The notes below the pieces were generated by a model, which worked only from the letters and a program-made list of their open reading frames with translations, did not search any database and had not been told where the DNA came from. 64,000 bases of DNA, taken from positions 17,884 to 81,883 of the forward strand of contig PBDA01000017.1 in the NCBI GenBank assembly GCA_002718345.1. Reading direction: 5' to 3'. The position numbers and the translations under genes were made by a program. Positions within the stretch are counted from its first letter, which is position 1. The number at the start of each line of letters is the position of its first letter. Below are positions 10,036 through 19,269 of the stretch, one piece after another. This DNA is from Rhodospirillaceae bacterium (lineage in GTDB: Bacteria > Pseudomonadota > Gammaproteobacteria > Steroidobacterales > Rariloculaceae).

Positions 10036-11559
10036 CTATCTTACTAATTTGTCCTCAAACAGAATTTCGCCATCAACCCCATGATTACGGAGAGTTAAGC
10101 TTGGCGAGTCATCTTCCCTGTCTGCTGTAACAGACAAAAATCCACCTACTACATTAACGTATAGGTGCTCAGGGCGAATGTCACCCTGGGTCCAGGTTCC
10201 AGCATGGGCATCGCTTGCTGCTCCTGTTGCATACTCACGCAGCCCCGTTTCGTCGTGTACGGAGACATATTGCCAATGCCGGTCGCCGGTAATGACAATC
10301 ATATCGTTCTCAACCAAAAAGGCCCGTAAGTCTCGTGCTTCTGTGCCGAAAGACTCGGTGGCGTGGCTATCAAACTTAAGGGGTGTGTCCGGACCGACAA
10401 AAGGTGTCGGACTGATGAGGATTCGGAACGTTGCATCGGACGCTTCAACGGTTTCCTTAAACCAGCTTGTTTGCTCCGCACCCCAGATAGTTTTTGTTGG
10501 CCCATCAGGGTCTGAATTAGCGCTTCGATAGTCCCGTCCCTCCACAAGCCAGATCTGCAAGTCTTTTCCCCAGCGGAATGTTCGGTATGTGGGCTCACTC
10601 ATGGGGGTCTGTTCCTTGAATATTTCGATTCCTTCTAGGAACGTGAAGTCACCCATGTACGTGCTTTCTAGTGTTGGCCAGGCATCGTCTTGCCATGTGT
10701 CGTGATCATCCTTCATGAAATATGTGGGGATCCGGCGGTGGAAATCAAAATTGGTGGGGAGACTGAACATCCGTGCCCATCCCCAACGGGCGAGCTCAAT
10801 GTTTTTGGCATACTCGTCGTAATAGAGAATGTCGCCCGTATGGACGAAAAAGTCTACATTCATGTCCAACATTGTTCTATGGATCTGGAACCCTCCTTCG
10901 GGCGTATCTTGATCTTCGTAATCGGTGCCTGTCGTCGAGGCAAAAACAACTCGCGCGGGCTTATCAGGCGGTGGAGCGGTGCGAAAGCTACCATCAAGGG
11001 ATGAGCCGATAGTATTGTCCCCTATTAGTCTACCCTCTGTGCGCAGTTCGTACTCGGTGCCAGCTACAAGTCCGGTGAGATTGAACTGGTGGGTGAAATC
11101 GCGCTGAGCGTCCACAGCCTCCCAGTCGGTTAAGAGCCAGTCTGTTGCGCCCGCCGGGCGATACAAGACGCGGGTCTCCCCCGTCGACCCGATCACGGCA
11201 CCTTCGATATATGTGATGGAGGACCCTTCATCATAGAGAACTATCGGTACCCAGTCGTCCGGCCGCCGACCATAGGTTCGAACCCTTCCTGGTGGGGCTT
11301 CTTGCAGCTCATCAAAGCCAGGAGCGTGATAGAGAAATGTTGGCATCGGCGCCTCAGTACCGACTCGCTTGGGATCTGAAGTTAAGCGGGTCCAAATGAC
11401 AGCTTCATTATCCGTGACTTCTCCGATTTTAAAACCAGTTGCCTGATAGGGGCCTTCTGATTGGTTGTTTGATTGTTGAGTGCAACCAATCACATTAATA
11501 ATGAGAATGAACAAACTTATATAGCTAATGCTGTGAATAGTTATTTTTAGCATTTTCAT
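10036..11559 (-). CDS. phoD: PhoD-family alkaline phosphatase/phosphodiesterase, lipoprotein
   Basis: Lipobox INVIGC, metallophosphatase motifs (FFVHTGDILYYDEY, MKDDHDTWQDD, VITGDRHW) and an N-terminal PhoD_N-like beta domain. Confidence 0.8.
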   Translation of the reverse strand: MKMLKITIHSISYISLFILIINVIGCTQQSNNQSEGPYQATGFKIGEVTDNEAVIWTRLTSDPKRVGTEAPMPTFLYHAPGFDELQEAPPGRVRTYGRRPDDWVPIVLYDEGSSITYIEGAVIGSTGETRVLYRPAGATDWLLTDWEAVDAQRDFTHQFNLTGLVAGTEYELRTEGRLIGDNTIGSSLDGSFRTAPPPDKPARVVFASTTGTDYEDQDTPEGGFQIHRTMLDMNVDFFVHTGDILYYDEYAKNIELARWGWARMFSLPTNFDFHRRIPTYFMKDDHDTWQDDAWPTLESTYMGDFTFLEGIEIFKEQTPMSEPTYRTFRWGKDLQIWLVEGRDYRSANSDPDGPTKTIWGAEQTSWFKETVEASDATFRILISPTPFVGPDTPLKFDSHATESFGTEARDLRAFLVENDMIVITGDRHWQYVSVHDETGLREYATGAASDAHAGTWTQGDIRPEHLYVNVVGGFLSVTADREDDSPSLTLRNHGVDGEILFEDKLVR

Positions 11560-11645
11560 TATGCTGATTCTATTGGTATATAGGCGTATTCTCCATCACA
11601 ATTGGGGCTAACCCGCTGTATAGTTACAGAATAAAATTCTAGAGT

Positions 11646-11722
11646 GCGCCCGTAGCTCAGCTGGATAGAGTACCTGGCTTCGAACCAGGTGGTCGGGAGT
11701 TCGAATCTCTCCGGGCGCGCCA
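11646..11722 (+). tRNA. tRNA-Arg, anticodon TCG
   Basis: A 77-nt cloverleaf folded by hand: acceptor GCGCCCG/CGGGCGC, D arm GCTC..GAGT, anticodon stem CCTGG/CCAGG with loop CTTCGAA, T arm GGGAG TTCGAAT CTCTC, and encoded CCA. Confidence 0.9.
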
Positions 11723-11783
11723 ACTTTTCTGAGTATTCTGAATTATTAAGTTTGATGAAGACATTAGGTATAGGAGGCAACTA

Positions 11784-12278
11784 ATGAACAAGGTCAAGTA
11801 TGTATTGATAGTCCTAACATTGGCTGTAGCTGCTTGCTCGCCACCCTCTTCTGAAACGGTGCAATCAAATATCTCAACTTCTGGCGTTAGCGGAGATGTT
11901 TCAGCATTAGTCATGGCAGCAGTTCCTGATATTACTATTTTGGGTGGAGAACTTAATGCTAGTGGCGATCAATATGAGGTAACAGGCACTTTGCCGAACG
12001 GTGATGAGCTTGAGATCGACATGGTGCAAGCTGATGGAGTTTGGACCATAATTGAAATTCAGCGCGATATTGAGTGGTCTACTGTTCCTCAGTTAGTTCA
12101 GGCTGCAGTTGCAGCAATTCCCAATTCCTTCGAGCCAGTTCGAGTGATTGAAAGTAAACAGGCTGTGGACGGTTCAGTTGTTTATGAATTATTTGAAGCC
12201 TTTGGAGATGGAACCCCTTACGGAGGGCCAGACTTGGAAGTACGTTGGCATGAAGGGAATGCGGAGTTAATTCCTTGA
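11784..12278 (+). CDS. Hypothetical lipoprotein, possibly two PepSY-like repeats
   Basis: AGGAGG Shine-Dalgarno, lipobox LAVAAC, and two internally similar segments (..YEVTGTLPNGDELEIDM.. / ..VVYELFEAFGDG..). The family assignment is weak. Confidence 0.45.
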   Translation: MNKVKYVLIVLTLAVAACSPPSSETVQSNISTSGVSGDVSALVMAAVPDITILGGELNASGDQYEVTGTLPNGDELEIDMVQADGVWTIIEIQRDIEWSTVPQLVQAAVAAIPNSFEPVRVIESKQAVDGSVVYELFEAFGDGTPYGGPDLEVRWHEGNAELIP

Positions 12279-12334
12279 AACCGATGTATAAATAAATCGG
12301 AATAAAATCTCCAATAAGAAGTGCAAATATTTTT

Positions 12335-13843
12335 ATGAAAAATATTTTTATTTCTAGTGTTGTTTGTTTGCTGGGATTTTTATCGTTAAGTACATTTGCA
12401 CAGAATTCTGTAAAGCCCAATGTGCTTGTAATAATCGTAGATGATCTTCGTCCAAAAATAGCAGCCTATGGGGATCAAATTGCCGTCACACCTAATATCG
12501 ATTATCTAGCAGAGACTGGCGTGCTTTTCGAAAATGCATTTACAGCGGTGCCTGTTTGTGGAGCTTCCAGAGCAGCCTTGCTATCGGGGAAAAAACCCAC
12601 TACTAATCGATTTGTTGATTATAACTCGCGATTAGATGTTGATTTTCCTGATGCTGAGAGTTTGCCTAACTATTTTAAAGATAATGGGTACTACACTATC
12701 AGTAATGGAAAAGTTTTCGATGCCACCCTTGATTCTGAATCCGCATGGAGTGAACCTGCATGGAATCCAGAGGGCGAATGGACAAGCGTTTTGTTTGTTA
12801 GAGGACGCGAGTTACCAGCACGCAACGCACGAAGAGACGATTTACAACGTGCATATCTGGATCACCAACTAGGTATTATCGGACCCGCATTCGAAAGATT
12901 AGAGGCAGCTGATACAGATTATCCGGACGGCAGAGTTGCAGAGAAAACAATTGAGGATCTGAGGCGGTTAAGTGGTTTAGACACGCCCTTTTTTCTAGTT
13001 GCCGGATTTCGGAAACCACATCTTCCGTTTACTGCTCCTGAGAGATACTGGTCATTATATGATTCAACAGATTTCGTTTTGCCATCTACCTATTATGAAA
13101 CACCATTTGGAGTGCCTTCCAACCCTATCCATAACTCTTTTGAGCTGCGTCAATCATATGCGGATATTCCACAAGAAGGGCTATTGGAGGAGACACAAGC
13201 ACTACATCTTATTCATGCTTATCACGCGGCTGTAAGCTATGCAGATGCTCAAGTTGGAAAAGTACTTAATGCTCTCACGGACCTTGGTATTGAAGACGAG
13301 ACAATCGTGGTTCTACTTGGAGACCATGGATGGAGTCTTGGTGAACATACGATGTGGAATAAACATGCTTTATTTGATATTGCTTTACGGACACCCCTCA
13401 TTATTCGTGCCCCTAATCACTTGAGTAGTCGTAATAATGCGGTGGTAAGCCTTCTAGATTTGTTTCCCACATTAACAGAACTGAGCGGATTACCACTCCC
13501 GCAAAACTTAGATGGGGTAAGTCTTGTGCCAATATTAAGCAATTCTCAGGTGGGAGTTAGAACTGCAGCAATAAGCCGTTGGTTTGATGGAGCCTCAGCT
13601 CGTACCGATCAATATCGCTATACAGATTGGCGTGATGAATCAGGACAGATTGAAGCAAGAATGCTTTACGATTTAAGTGTCGATCCGGATGAGACAAGAA
13701 ATGTCGCGGAAGAAGATCGATATAAGGATGTCGTCTTTGAGCTAAGTACATTTATAACTTCAGATGACAGTGGCCAACCATGGTCTCCAATGGTACGAGA
13801 CCATGTTGAAGCCAGAAAAAGCATGCAGACTTTGGTCGAATGA
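12335..13843 (+). CDS. Secreted sulfatase (iduronate-2-sulfatase-like)
   Basis: Contains PNVLVIIVDDLRP, active-site segment VCGASRAALLSGK (C-x-A-x-R variant) and LLGDHGWSLGEH, plus a signal peptide. Confidence 0.85.
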   Translation: MKNIFISSVVCLLGFLSLSTFAQNSVKPNVLVIIVDDLRPKIAAYGDQIAVTPNIDYLAETGVLFENAFTAVPVCGASRAALLSGKKPTTNRFVDYNSRLDVDFPDAESLPNYFKDNGYYTISNGKVFDATLDSESAWSEPAWNPEGEWTSVLFVRGRELPARNARRDDLQRAYLDHQLGIIGPAFERLEAADTDYPDGRVAEKTIEDLRRLSGLDTPFFLVAGFRKPHLPFTAPERYWSLYDSTDFVLPSTYYETPFGVPSNPIHNSFELRQSYADIPQEGLLEETQALHLIHAYHAAVSYADAQVGKVLNALTDLGIEDETIVVLLGDHGWSLGEHTMWNKHALFDIALRTPLIIRAPNHLSSRNNAVVSLLDLFPTLTELSGLPLPQNLDGVSLVPILSNSQVGVRTAAISRWFDGASARTDQYRYTDWRDESGQIEARMLYDLSVDPDETRNVAEEDRYKDVVFELSTFITSDDSGQPWSPMVRDHVEARKSMQTLVE

Positions 13844-13889
13844 CTCTTCACGAATGCTTGAATAGCTTGGATTGACTGTACAACAGCTT

Positions 13890-16166
13890 TTAAAACCGGA
13901 AGGTATAGTTAAATTTTATAGCCAGATCAGCAAGTGTTGATTTAAAGCGATTATTCAATTCAAGATCCTGAAGGTTATGGTTTAAGACAATAATTCCTTC
14001 CTGGCCAGCTTTAGGAATCCAGTGCAGTCTTGTATTTATTCCTACTGTATCTGTGAGATTGTCGTATTGAAGTAGCGTGCTCCAAGACATGGTTGAGGAG
14101 AAAATGATGTCATTTCTTAATTGAAGTAATTCGGTATCAAAATCCCCATAAGGTAGTTGTACATCGTTTACGGTGTAATTGAGAGTCAATTGAAAGTGCA
14201 TAGAAGGGCGCCATCCGATACCCGCGGTTTTTTGTTGTCTATTACCGCTATAGAACTCTCCTGATCTATACCCAAGTGTTCCCCATATTTCACGTACCTG
14301 TCCCGACTCAAGTTTAAATTCGGCTTCATTAAATGAATAGTCGCCAGTGGGGATGACTACCTTATTAGCTCCTTGTGCCCAGATTTCATATGGCTTAATC
14401 AAGGATTCTTTTGTTTCATGAATTCTAATCCAACCTTGATCTCGAGTATGCGATTCAAACTCAAAAGCTCTAAGGGTTAAAACCTGAGTTTGCAGATCAC
14501 CTTTTATGAGATTGATTCGTTCTGCATCCATTCCAAAGTATAGGGTTCGAAAAAATGGATGAGACACGCGAAGGCCATAGCCGGTCTCTAGTGTATGGTC
14601 ACGAATGCCAGAACGACTGACATAGCCTAAAGCAGGGGAGAAGTTTTCCTCAATTTGCTTGACTCCAACTCCACCTCGCCAGCCAAGTCTATTTGGGGCT
14701 GTAAGCCTTAATCCATAGGCACGTTGATCTTCCTCAACACCCTCTGTATTCGATTCTTGGTACCAAGCTTCGCCTTGTAGTGAGCGGTTGTTGGCTAATC
14801 TTGTATTGTTATAGAGAAAATCGAAGCCCATTAATGTGTTATCAAGGTTTGATCTTGGATCACCACTGGTCGCAATAACGCCAACAGCAGATTCTGCTAG
14901 CACATTAGTGGACAGACGAGTAACAAAAATATCGCTGGCGTTAATGTCTCCATATTGTTCCTGCTGTATGGCCAATGCCCCAACATTCCAGCGTCCAATC
15001 CGACCGCTTAACTTCGTGCCAGCACTAAGATCCACAGGCTGTCCATTTGCACTTAATCCGATTCGGCGAGAAAAATAAGGGCGACCATTTTCAAGGTTTG
15101 ATGGTGAGATGGTACTGGTGCCGGTAAGTCCACCTCTTACTCTTCCTCCGATACGTGCATAACGGAACATATCTGAGTCTCTAAGAAAAAACGTACGCTT
15201 TTCCGGAAAGAATAAACTGAAGCGAGTGAGTTCAACCTGACGATCATCAACCTCTGTAGCAGAAAAGTCTGTGTTTAATGTAAGTGCGGCATTGAACGCA
15301 GGGGTAATTTTATAAAACAGATCGAGCGATGGTTCAGTACTGGAGTTATTTGATGAGGGGTTATAGTCCTTGTTTGTTTTTAGAGTGAGGGAAGGAACAA
15401 TATCGAGTCCTCTGCCAACTTGAAGGTCTTCGAACCCGGTGACTTCACCGGCAATACTGGGGTCTTGAATGGAATCCCGAGAGAACCAGCCAATTCGTTC
15501 ATCATTACGGCCAATATTTCGTTGAAAATTAATACCCCAAGTATCGCTACTAGGATCAAAAGACAGGGTTTTGAAGGGAATTTCAATCTCAGCGGTCCAT
15601 CCTGCTTCATCTCTACTTGTAGCGCCATGCCAGATACCATTCCAGTTCCAGTCGGTTCCGGTTGTTTGATAAAACAGGGATTCCATTCGAATCGCATTAG
15701 GGTTTATGAGGAACCGATAGCCTGTACGTTTGTCATTAAAGGGATGAAGATTGATTGAAATGAAATCATCGCCCCATACCATGGCTCCTTGTCTTAGGAC
15801 ATTTGCGTTTATTTCCTCTGCTGCAGAGTCATGCATTCTTGCGCCAATGTAGAGCGCATCATCACCGTAGTAGATACGGATTTCCATTGGCTCGGAGGGC
15901 TCTGTATATTCGAAGGGTATTATTTGATGAAAATCATCTATTAATGTTGCTTGTGTCCAGTCTGCCTCATTAAGTTGCCCATCAACAATAGGCGTCTCAC
16001 CCCGTCCTATGGAAACAGATTTTAGATCTGATTGATTTGGTTCTTCATCTTCTTGGCCTAAAGACAGCTGACAAACGATCAATAAAAATAGAGAAGAGCT
16101 CACAGAAAAGCATTTAGATTTTTTATTTGTTTTCACTTTTTTATTTAGTGAATTTCCCCTAAACAT
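13890..16166 (-). CDS. Outer-membrane protein with N-terminal CBM9-like/DOMON-like domain and large beta-barrel (DUF5916-like), copy 1
   Basis: Signal peptide, DGQLNEADW..F.Q..P..YGDDALYIGARM, WDPSSDTWGINF, and C-terminal ...KFNYTFRF. It is a paralog of 19270..21522. Confidence 0.65.
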   Translation of the reverse strand: MFRGNSLNKKVKTNKKSKCFSVSSSLFLLIVCQLSLGQEDEEPNQSDLKSVSIGRGETPIVDGQLNEADWTQATLIDDFHQIIPFEYTEPSEPMEIRIYYGDDALYIGARMHDSAAEEINANVLRQGAMVWGDDFISINLHPFNDKRTGYRFLINPNAIRMESLFYQTTGTDWNWNGIWHGATSRDEAGWTAEIEIPFKTLSFDPSSDTWGINFQRNIGRNDERIGWFSRDSIQDPSIAGEVTGFEDLQVGRGLDIVPSLTLKTNKDYNPSSNNSSTEPSLDLFYKITPAFNAALTLNTDFSATEVDDRQVELTRFSLFFPEKRTFFLRDSDMFRYARIGGRVRGGLTGTSTISPSNLENGRPYFSRRIGLSANGQPVDLSAGTKLSGRIGRWNVGALAIQQEQYGDINASDIFVTRLSTNVLAESAVGVIATSGDPRSNLDNTLMGFDFLYNNTRLANNRSLQGEAWYQESNTEGVEEDQRAYGLRLTAPNRLGWRGGVGVKQIEENFSPALGYVSRSGIRDHTLETGYGLRVSHPFFRTLYFGMDAERINLIKGDLQTQVLTLRAFEFESHTRDQGWIRIHETKESLIKPYEIWAQGANKVVIPTGDYSFNEAEFKLESGQVREIWGTLGYRSGEFYSGNRQQKTAGIGWRPSMHFQLTLNYTVNDVQLPYGDFDTELLQLRNDIIFSSTMSWSTLLQYDNLTDTVGINTRLHWIPKAGQEGIIVLNHNLQDLELNNRFKSTLADLAIKFNYTFRF

Positions 16167-16200
16167 ACATTTGTTAGTGGTTATTAGGGGTAAAAACTAT

Positions 16201-16881
16201 CTATGTATTTGCCCAAAATCGTAAAAGATTATGGTAGATACCGGCAAGTGTTACTAATGATGGATGTTCAGGGACATCAACTCCTAAATGTTGTATAGCT
16301 TTATCTAATTGAAACAATGTTTCACGTTGAGCGTTATCTCTTACCATGCTTTCAATCCAGAAAAATGCAGCCAAACGAACTCCACTTGTTACAGCTTTTA
16401 TCTGATGGATGCTTGTTCCAGGGTAAAGCACCATATCTCCAGCCGACAGCTTTATAGTTTGTTCCCCAAACGTATCGCGTACAATTAATTCACCGCCTTC
16501 ATAGGTATCAGGGTTACTGAGAAAAAGGGTTGCTGATAAATCAGTACGAATTCTATGCTGGCCTCCAGCCACTGGCCGAATTGCCCCATCTATATGGCCA
16601 CCGTACGATTCACCATCGGTATAGCGATTAAAAAGAGGCGGCAAAACTTTGAGTGGAAGAGCAGCTGCAGTAAAAATAGGATGATTTTGAAGAGCTTTTA
16701 GGATTGTTTCTCCAAGTTTTACAGCAATAGGATCATCATCGGGCAATTGCTGATTATTTTTGACTCCTTGGGATAGGTATCCAGCACTATGGCGCCCATC
16801 TGCCCAAGATGCATTGTTTAGCTTGAGCCGAGCTTCTTCAACTTCATTTGGTGTTAAAACACCTTCTATGCTTATCAGCAT
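16201..16881 (-). CDS. ybiX: Fe(II)/2-oxoglutarate-dependent PKHD-type hydroxylase (YbiX/PiuC family)
   Basis: 226 aa, with MLISIEGVLTP.., HxD-type segment GGHIDGA, DLSATLFL and YPGTSIHQI. It lies 4 nt downstream of the TonB-dependent receptor, as in E. coli fiu-ybiX and Pseudomonas piuA-piuC. Confidence 0.8.
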   Translation of the reverse strand: MLISIEGVLTPNEVEEARLKLNNASWADGRHSAGYLSQGVKNNQQLPDDDPIAVKLGETILKALQNHPIFTAAALPLKVLPPLFNRYTDGESYGGHIDGAIRPVAGGQHRIRTDLSATLFLSNPDTYEGGELIVRDTFGEQTIKLSAGDMVLYPGTSIHQIKAVTSGVRLAAFFWIESMVRDNAQRETLFQLDKAIQHLGVDVPEHPSLVTLAGIYHNLLRFWANT

Positions 16882-16885
16882 GACT

Positions 16886-19147
16886 TTAGAAGATTACATT
16901 GAGCGCTAAAGTTGCTGTGCGACCAGGTCCTGGAACAATGTGCCAAGGGTGTGACTGATCGAAATAATATTCATTAGTTAGGTTGGTGATGTTCATTTTT
17001 ATAGAAATAGTATCTGTCAAAATAAAACGTCCCATGGCATCTACAAGTTGATAGCTTGGCACTGATTTGCCGCTTCCTTTGTTTGTGGCTAATAGTTCTG
17101 AAATATGCCGTGCTCCAATTCCAAAGTCTAGGCGATCGTTGAATTGATAATTAAACCAAAGAGAAAGGGAGTGCTCAGGAGCATTTGCTAATTCTGCACC
17201 AGTAGCAGCTCCTGGAGCTGCTTTTACTACCTCTGTGTCTAAGTAGGTGTATCCTGCTGTCAGGTATAGTCCATTAGAAATCATGCCGTTCATGTCTAAT
17301 GAAAGACCTCTGACCTGATGTTCTCCACCCAGAGTGTTAAAACCAGGGTTATCTGGGTCTGGTACTCGTGCGTTCTTTTTTATGATTTCAAATATGGCAC
17401 CTGCAAAAGAAAGGGCACCTTCATTAAGATCAATTTTTACGCCAGCCTCAAGACTTTCATTTTTCTCTGGGTCCAGTAACTGATTCCCTAAAGCTAGTCC
17501 ACGGCCGCTGGTAAGCAAAGACAAGCTCTGAGCAGATGGATTGAACGATGTGCTGCCAGCTAAATAAACACTGGATTCTAATGTTGGCTTATATACTAAA
17601 GCTGCACGATAACTTCCTTCTTTGTCAGTCTGGTTAAATGTTTCTTTCCCTTCAGATTTTCCATCATTAAAAGGCGTTGCTGGTCCTTTGAATCTTGTTG
17701 CGTTGTAGTCTGTTTCAAACTTGTCCCAACGACCTCCGAGGGTTAATTGCCAATTATCATTTAGTTTGATCGTGTCCAAGACATAAAGAGCAAAGGTTTC
17801 GCCGGTTGTGTCTGATATTACTCTAGGGTCTGTGCTGCCTGTAAAAGGCATTTTAGAGTTTGGGTTTAAAAGATTAGTTCCTGATGCACCTATTCCAAAA
17901 GCAAAGGTTGGTTCTGAAGTTTCTTTAGTAAATTCTATGCCTCCAGCTATAACATGTTCCAAGTTACCGGTTTCAGTTTCCCACGTAACGTTAGCCTGTG
18001 TGGTAAAAAGAGTTTCTTCGCTGTTCCCTAAAAAAACATTTCTAAATATAGATACGTCGTTAAGTGATGCACCAGAAGCAATAGTTTCCGTAATTAGTGG
18101 TTCTGTGATGCGGCTATCACGCTCGTAGTGCGCATATCTGGCTATTGCGTCTAAATTAAGCGTACTACTAAATGTGTGCGCCATATGACCAGTAAAAATG
18201 TCTGCATCTGTTTCCAGAAAGTCACTATCAAAGCCATAAAAGTTTTGACGAGATACCGGAGCAGGTTTCCCGTTAAGCCAGGGTAAACCATAGTCTGGCC
18301 TATCATCTGCCGTCTGTTTCATATAGCTTAAGGTGAACTGTGTGTCTGATTCCAAACCAAACGTTACACTGGGCGCAAATCCGAATCGCTTGGCTTCAGC
18401 TCCATCTCTGTCTGCTATTTCCCCCTGATGTGCCAGAATATTGAATCGGAAAGCTGCTTCGCTTCCCAATAATGAAGCGGGACGTGATATGTCTGCTGTT
18501 GCCCGGACAGTTTCATCTGATCCTAGGTTAACGCTAAAATCGGTTATTGAATCAAGGGTTGGTCTTTTTGACACTTGATTGATGGCACCACCTGTAGAGC
18601 CTCTCCCAAATAAGATTGATGAAGGCCCAAGCATTACTTCGAGTGACTCTAAATTGAATGGATCGCGGGGATAACTTCCAAAGTCTCGCATGCCATCTAA
18701 GTACATATCGTCCCTAGCACTAAATCCTCTAATATTAGGAGCGTTACCTTGCCATGCAAATTCACCTGCCCCAAGGGTGATTCCTGGGATGGCGCGTAGG
18801 GCATCATTTAAGCTATTGAGCCCACGGTCTTCGAGTAGCTCGCGGGACATTGTTTTAACTGTTTGTGGGGTATCTAGAAGACCTTCTGTTAATTTAGATA
18901 GTGAACTTTGATCAGCGCGATATCTTTCTGACTGTCTTTCAACAACTCTAACTTCTTCCATATTCTGGTTTGTGTTTGAAGTTGTGTCCTCATTTTCTGA
19001 GGACTGGGCAATCGCTAAATTCGAAAATGTAAGACTAATTCCTGCGCCAACAAGAGCTTGAGTAACTGCTTGAGCAATGGGAGTCAGAGCCCCAAAATCA
19101 TGCCTAACAACTTCAGAATAATTAACCTTTCTGAGTGATTTTTTCAT
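16886..19147 (-). CDS. fiu: TonB-dependent receptor, catecholate-siderophore (Fiu/PiuA) type
   Basis: Plug motifs DTPQTVKTMSRELLEDRG, IRGFSARDDMYLDGMRD, LEVMLGPSSILFGRGSTGGAINQVSKRP, followed by a long barrel ending ...LALNVIF. Confidence 0.8.
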   Translation of the reverse strand: MKKSLRKVNYSEVVRHDFGALTPIAQAVTQALVGAGISLTFSNLAIAQSSENEDTTSNTNQNMEEVRVVERQSERYRADQSSLSKLTEGLLDTPQTVKTMSRELLEDRGLNSLNDALRAIPGITLGAGEFAWQGNAPNIRGFSARDDMYLDGMRDFGSYPRDPFNLESLEVMLGPSSILFGRGSTGGAINQVSKRPTLDSITDFSVNLGSDETVRATADISRPASLLGSEAAFRFNILAHQGEIADRDGAEAKRFGFAPSVTFGLESDTQFTLSYMKQTADDRPDYGLPWLNGKPAPVSRQNFYGFDSDFLETDADIFTGHMAHTFSSTLNLDAIARYAHYERDSRITEPLITETIASGASLNDVSIFRNVFLGNSEETLFTTQANVTWETETGNLEHVIAGGIEFTKETSEPTFAFGIGASGTNLLNPNSKMPFTGSTDPRVISDTTGETFALYVLDTIKLNDNWQLTLGGRWDKFETDYNATRFKGPATPFNDGKSEGKETFNQTDKEGSYRAALVYKPTLESSVYLAGSTSFNPSAQSLSLLTSGRGLALGNQLLDPEKNESLEAGVKIDLNEGALSFAGAIFEIIKKNARVPDPDNPGFNTLGGEHQVRGLSLDMNGMISNGLYLTAGYTYLDTEVVKAAPGAATGAELANAPEHSLSLWFNYQFNDRLDFGIGARHISELLATNKGSGKSVPSYQLVDAMGRFILTDTISIKMNITNLTNEYYFDQSHPWHIVPGPGRTATLALNVIF

Positions 19148-19184
19148 TTTTTTAACAATATACGCCTAATTTTTAAAATTAATG

Positions 19185-19205
19185 TCCCTTAAGGGATTTT
19201 AAGGG
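19185..19205. promoter_or_regulatory. Palindrome TCCCTTAAGGGA overlapping a 10-bp-spaced direct repeat TTAAGGG in the 122-nt spacer upstream of the receptor gene
   Basis: Read directly: tcccttaaggga at 19185-19196, and ttaaggg at 19189-19195 and 19199-19205. It could be an operator, or a weak hairpin ending the upstream gene. Confidence 0.2.
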
Positions 19206-19269
19206 GGTAGTGTTTCAGAGCGAGTGTAAATTACTATTATTTTATTACAAAATTGTTACGACTAGGACC

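Noticed and set aside
10178-11107. Five overlapping ORFs of 60-117 aa in alternative frames and strands inside phoD (10178-10531, 10299-10598, 10690-11004, 10773-11012, 10925-11107).
   Set aside because: They have low-complexity Arg/Ser/Pro-rich translations and no ribosome-binding sites. All are nested in a gene with clear PhoD motifs. They are a by-product of locally high GC.
11559-11914. Minus-strand ORFs 11559-11780 and 11657-11914.
   Set aside because: They run antisense through the tRNA-Arg gene and the start of the lipoprotein gene, so they are spurious.
19210-19250. Possible Fur box in the AT-rich stretch upstream of the fiu-like receptor (GTAATAAAATAATAGTAATTTAC on the coding strand).
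   Set aside because: The best hand alignment to GATAATGATAATCATTATC gives only about 10/19 matches, which is not distinguishable from generic AT-rich DNA. A PWM scan would be needed.
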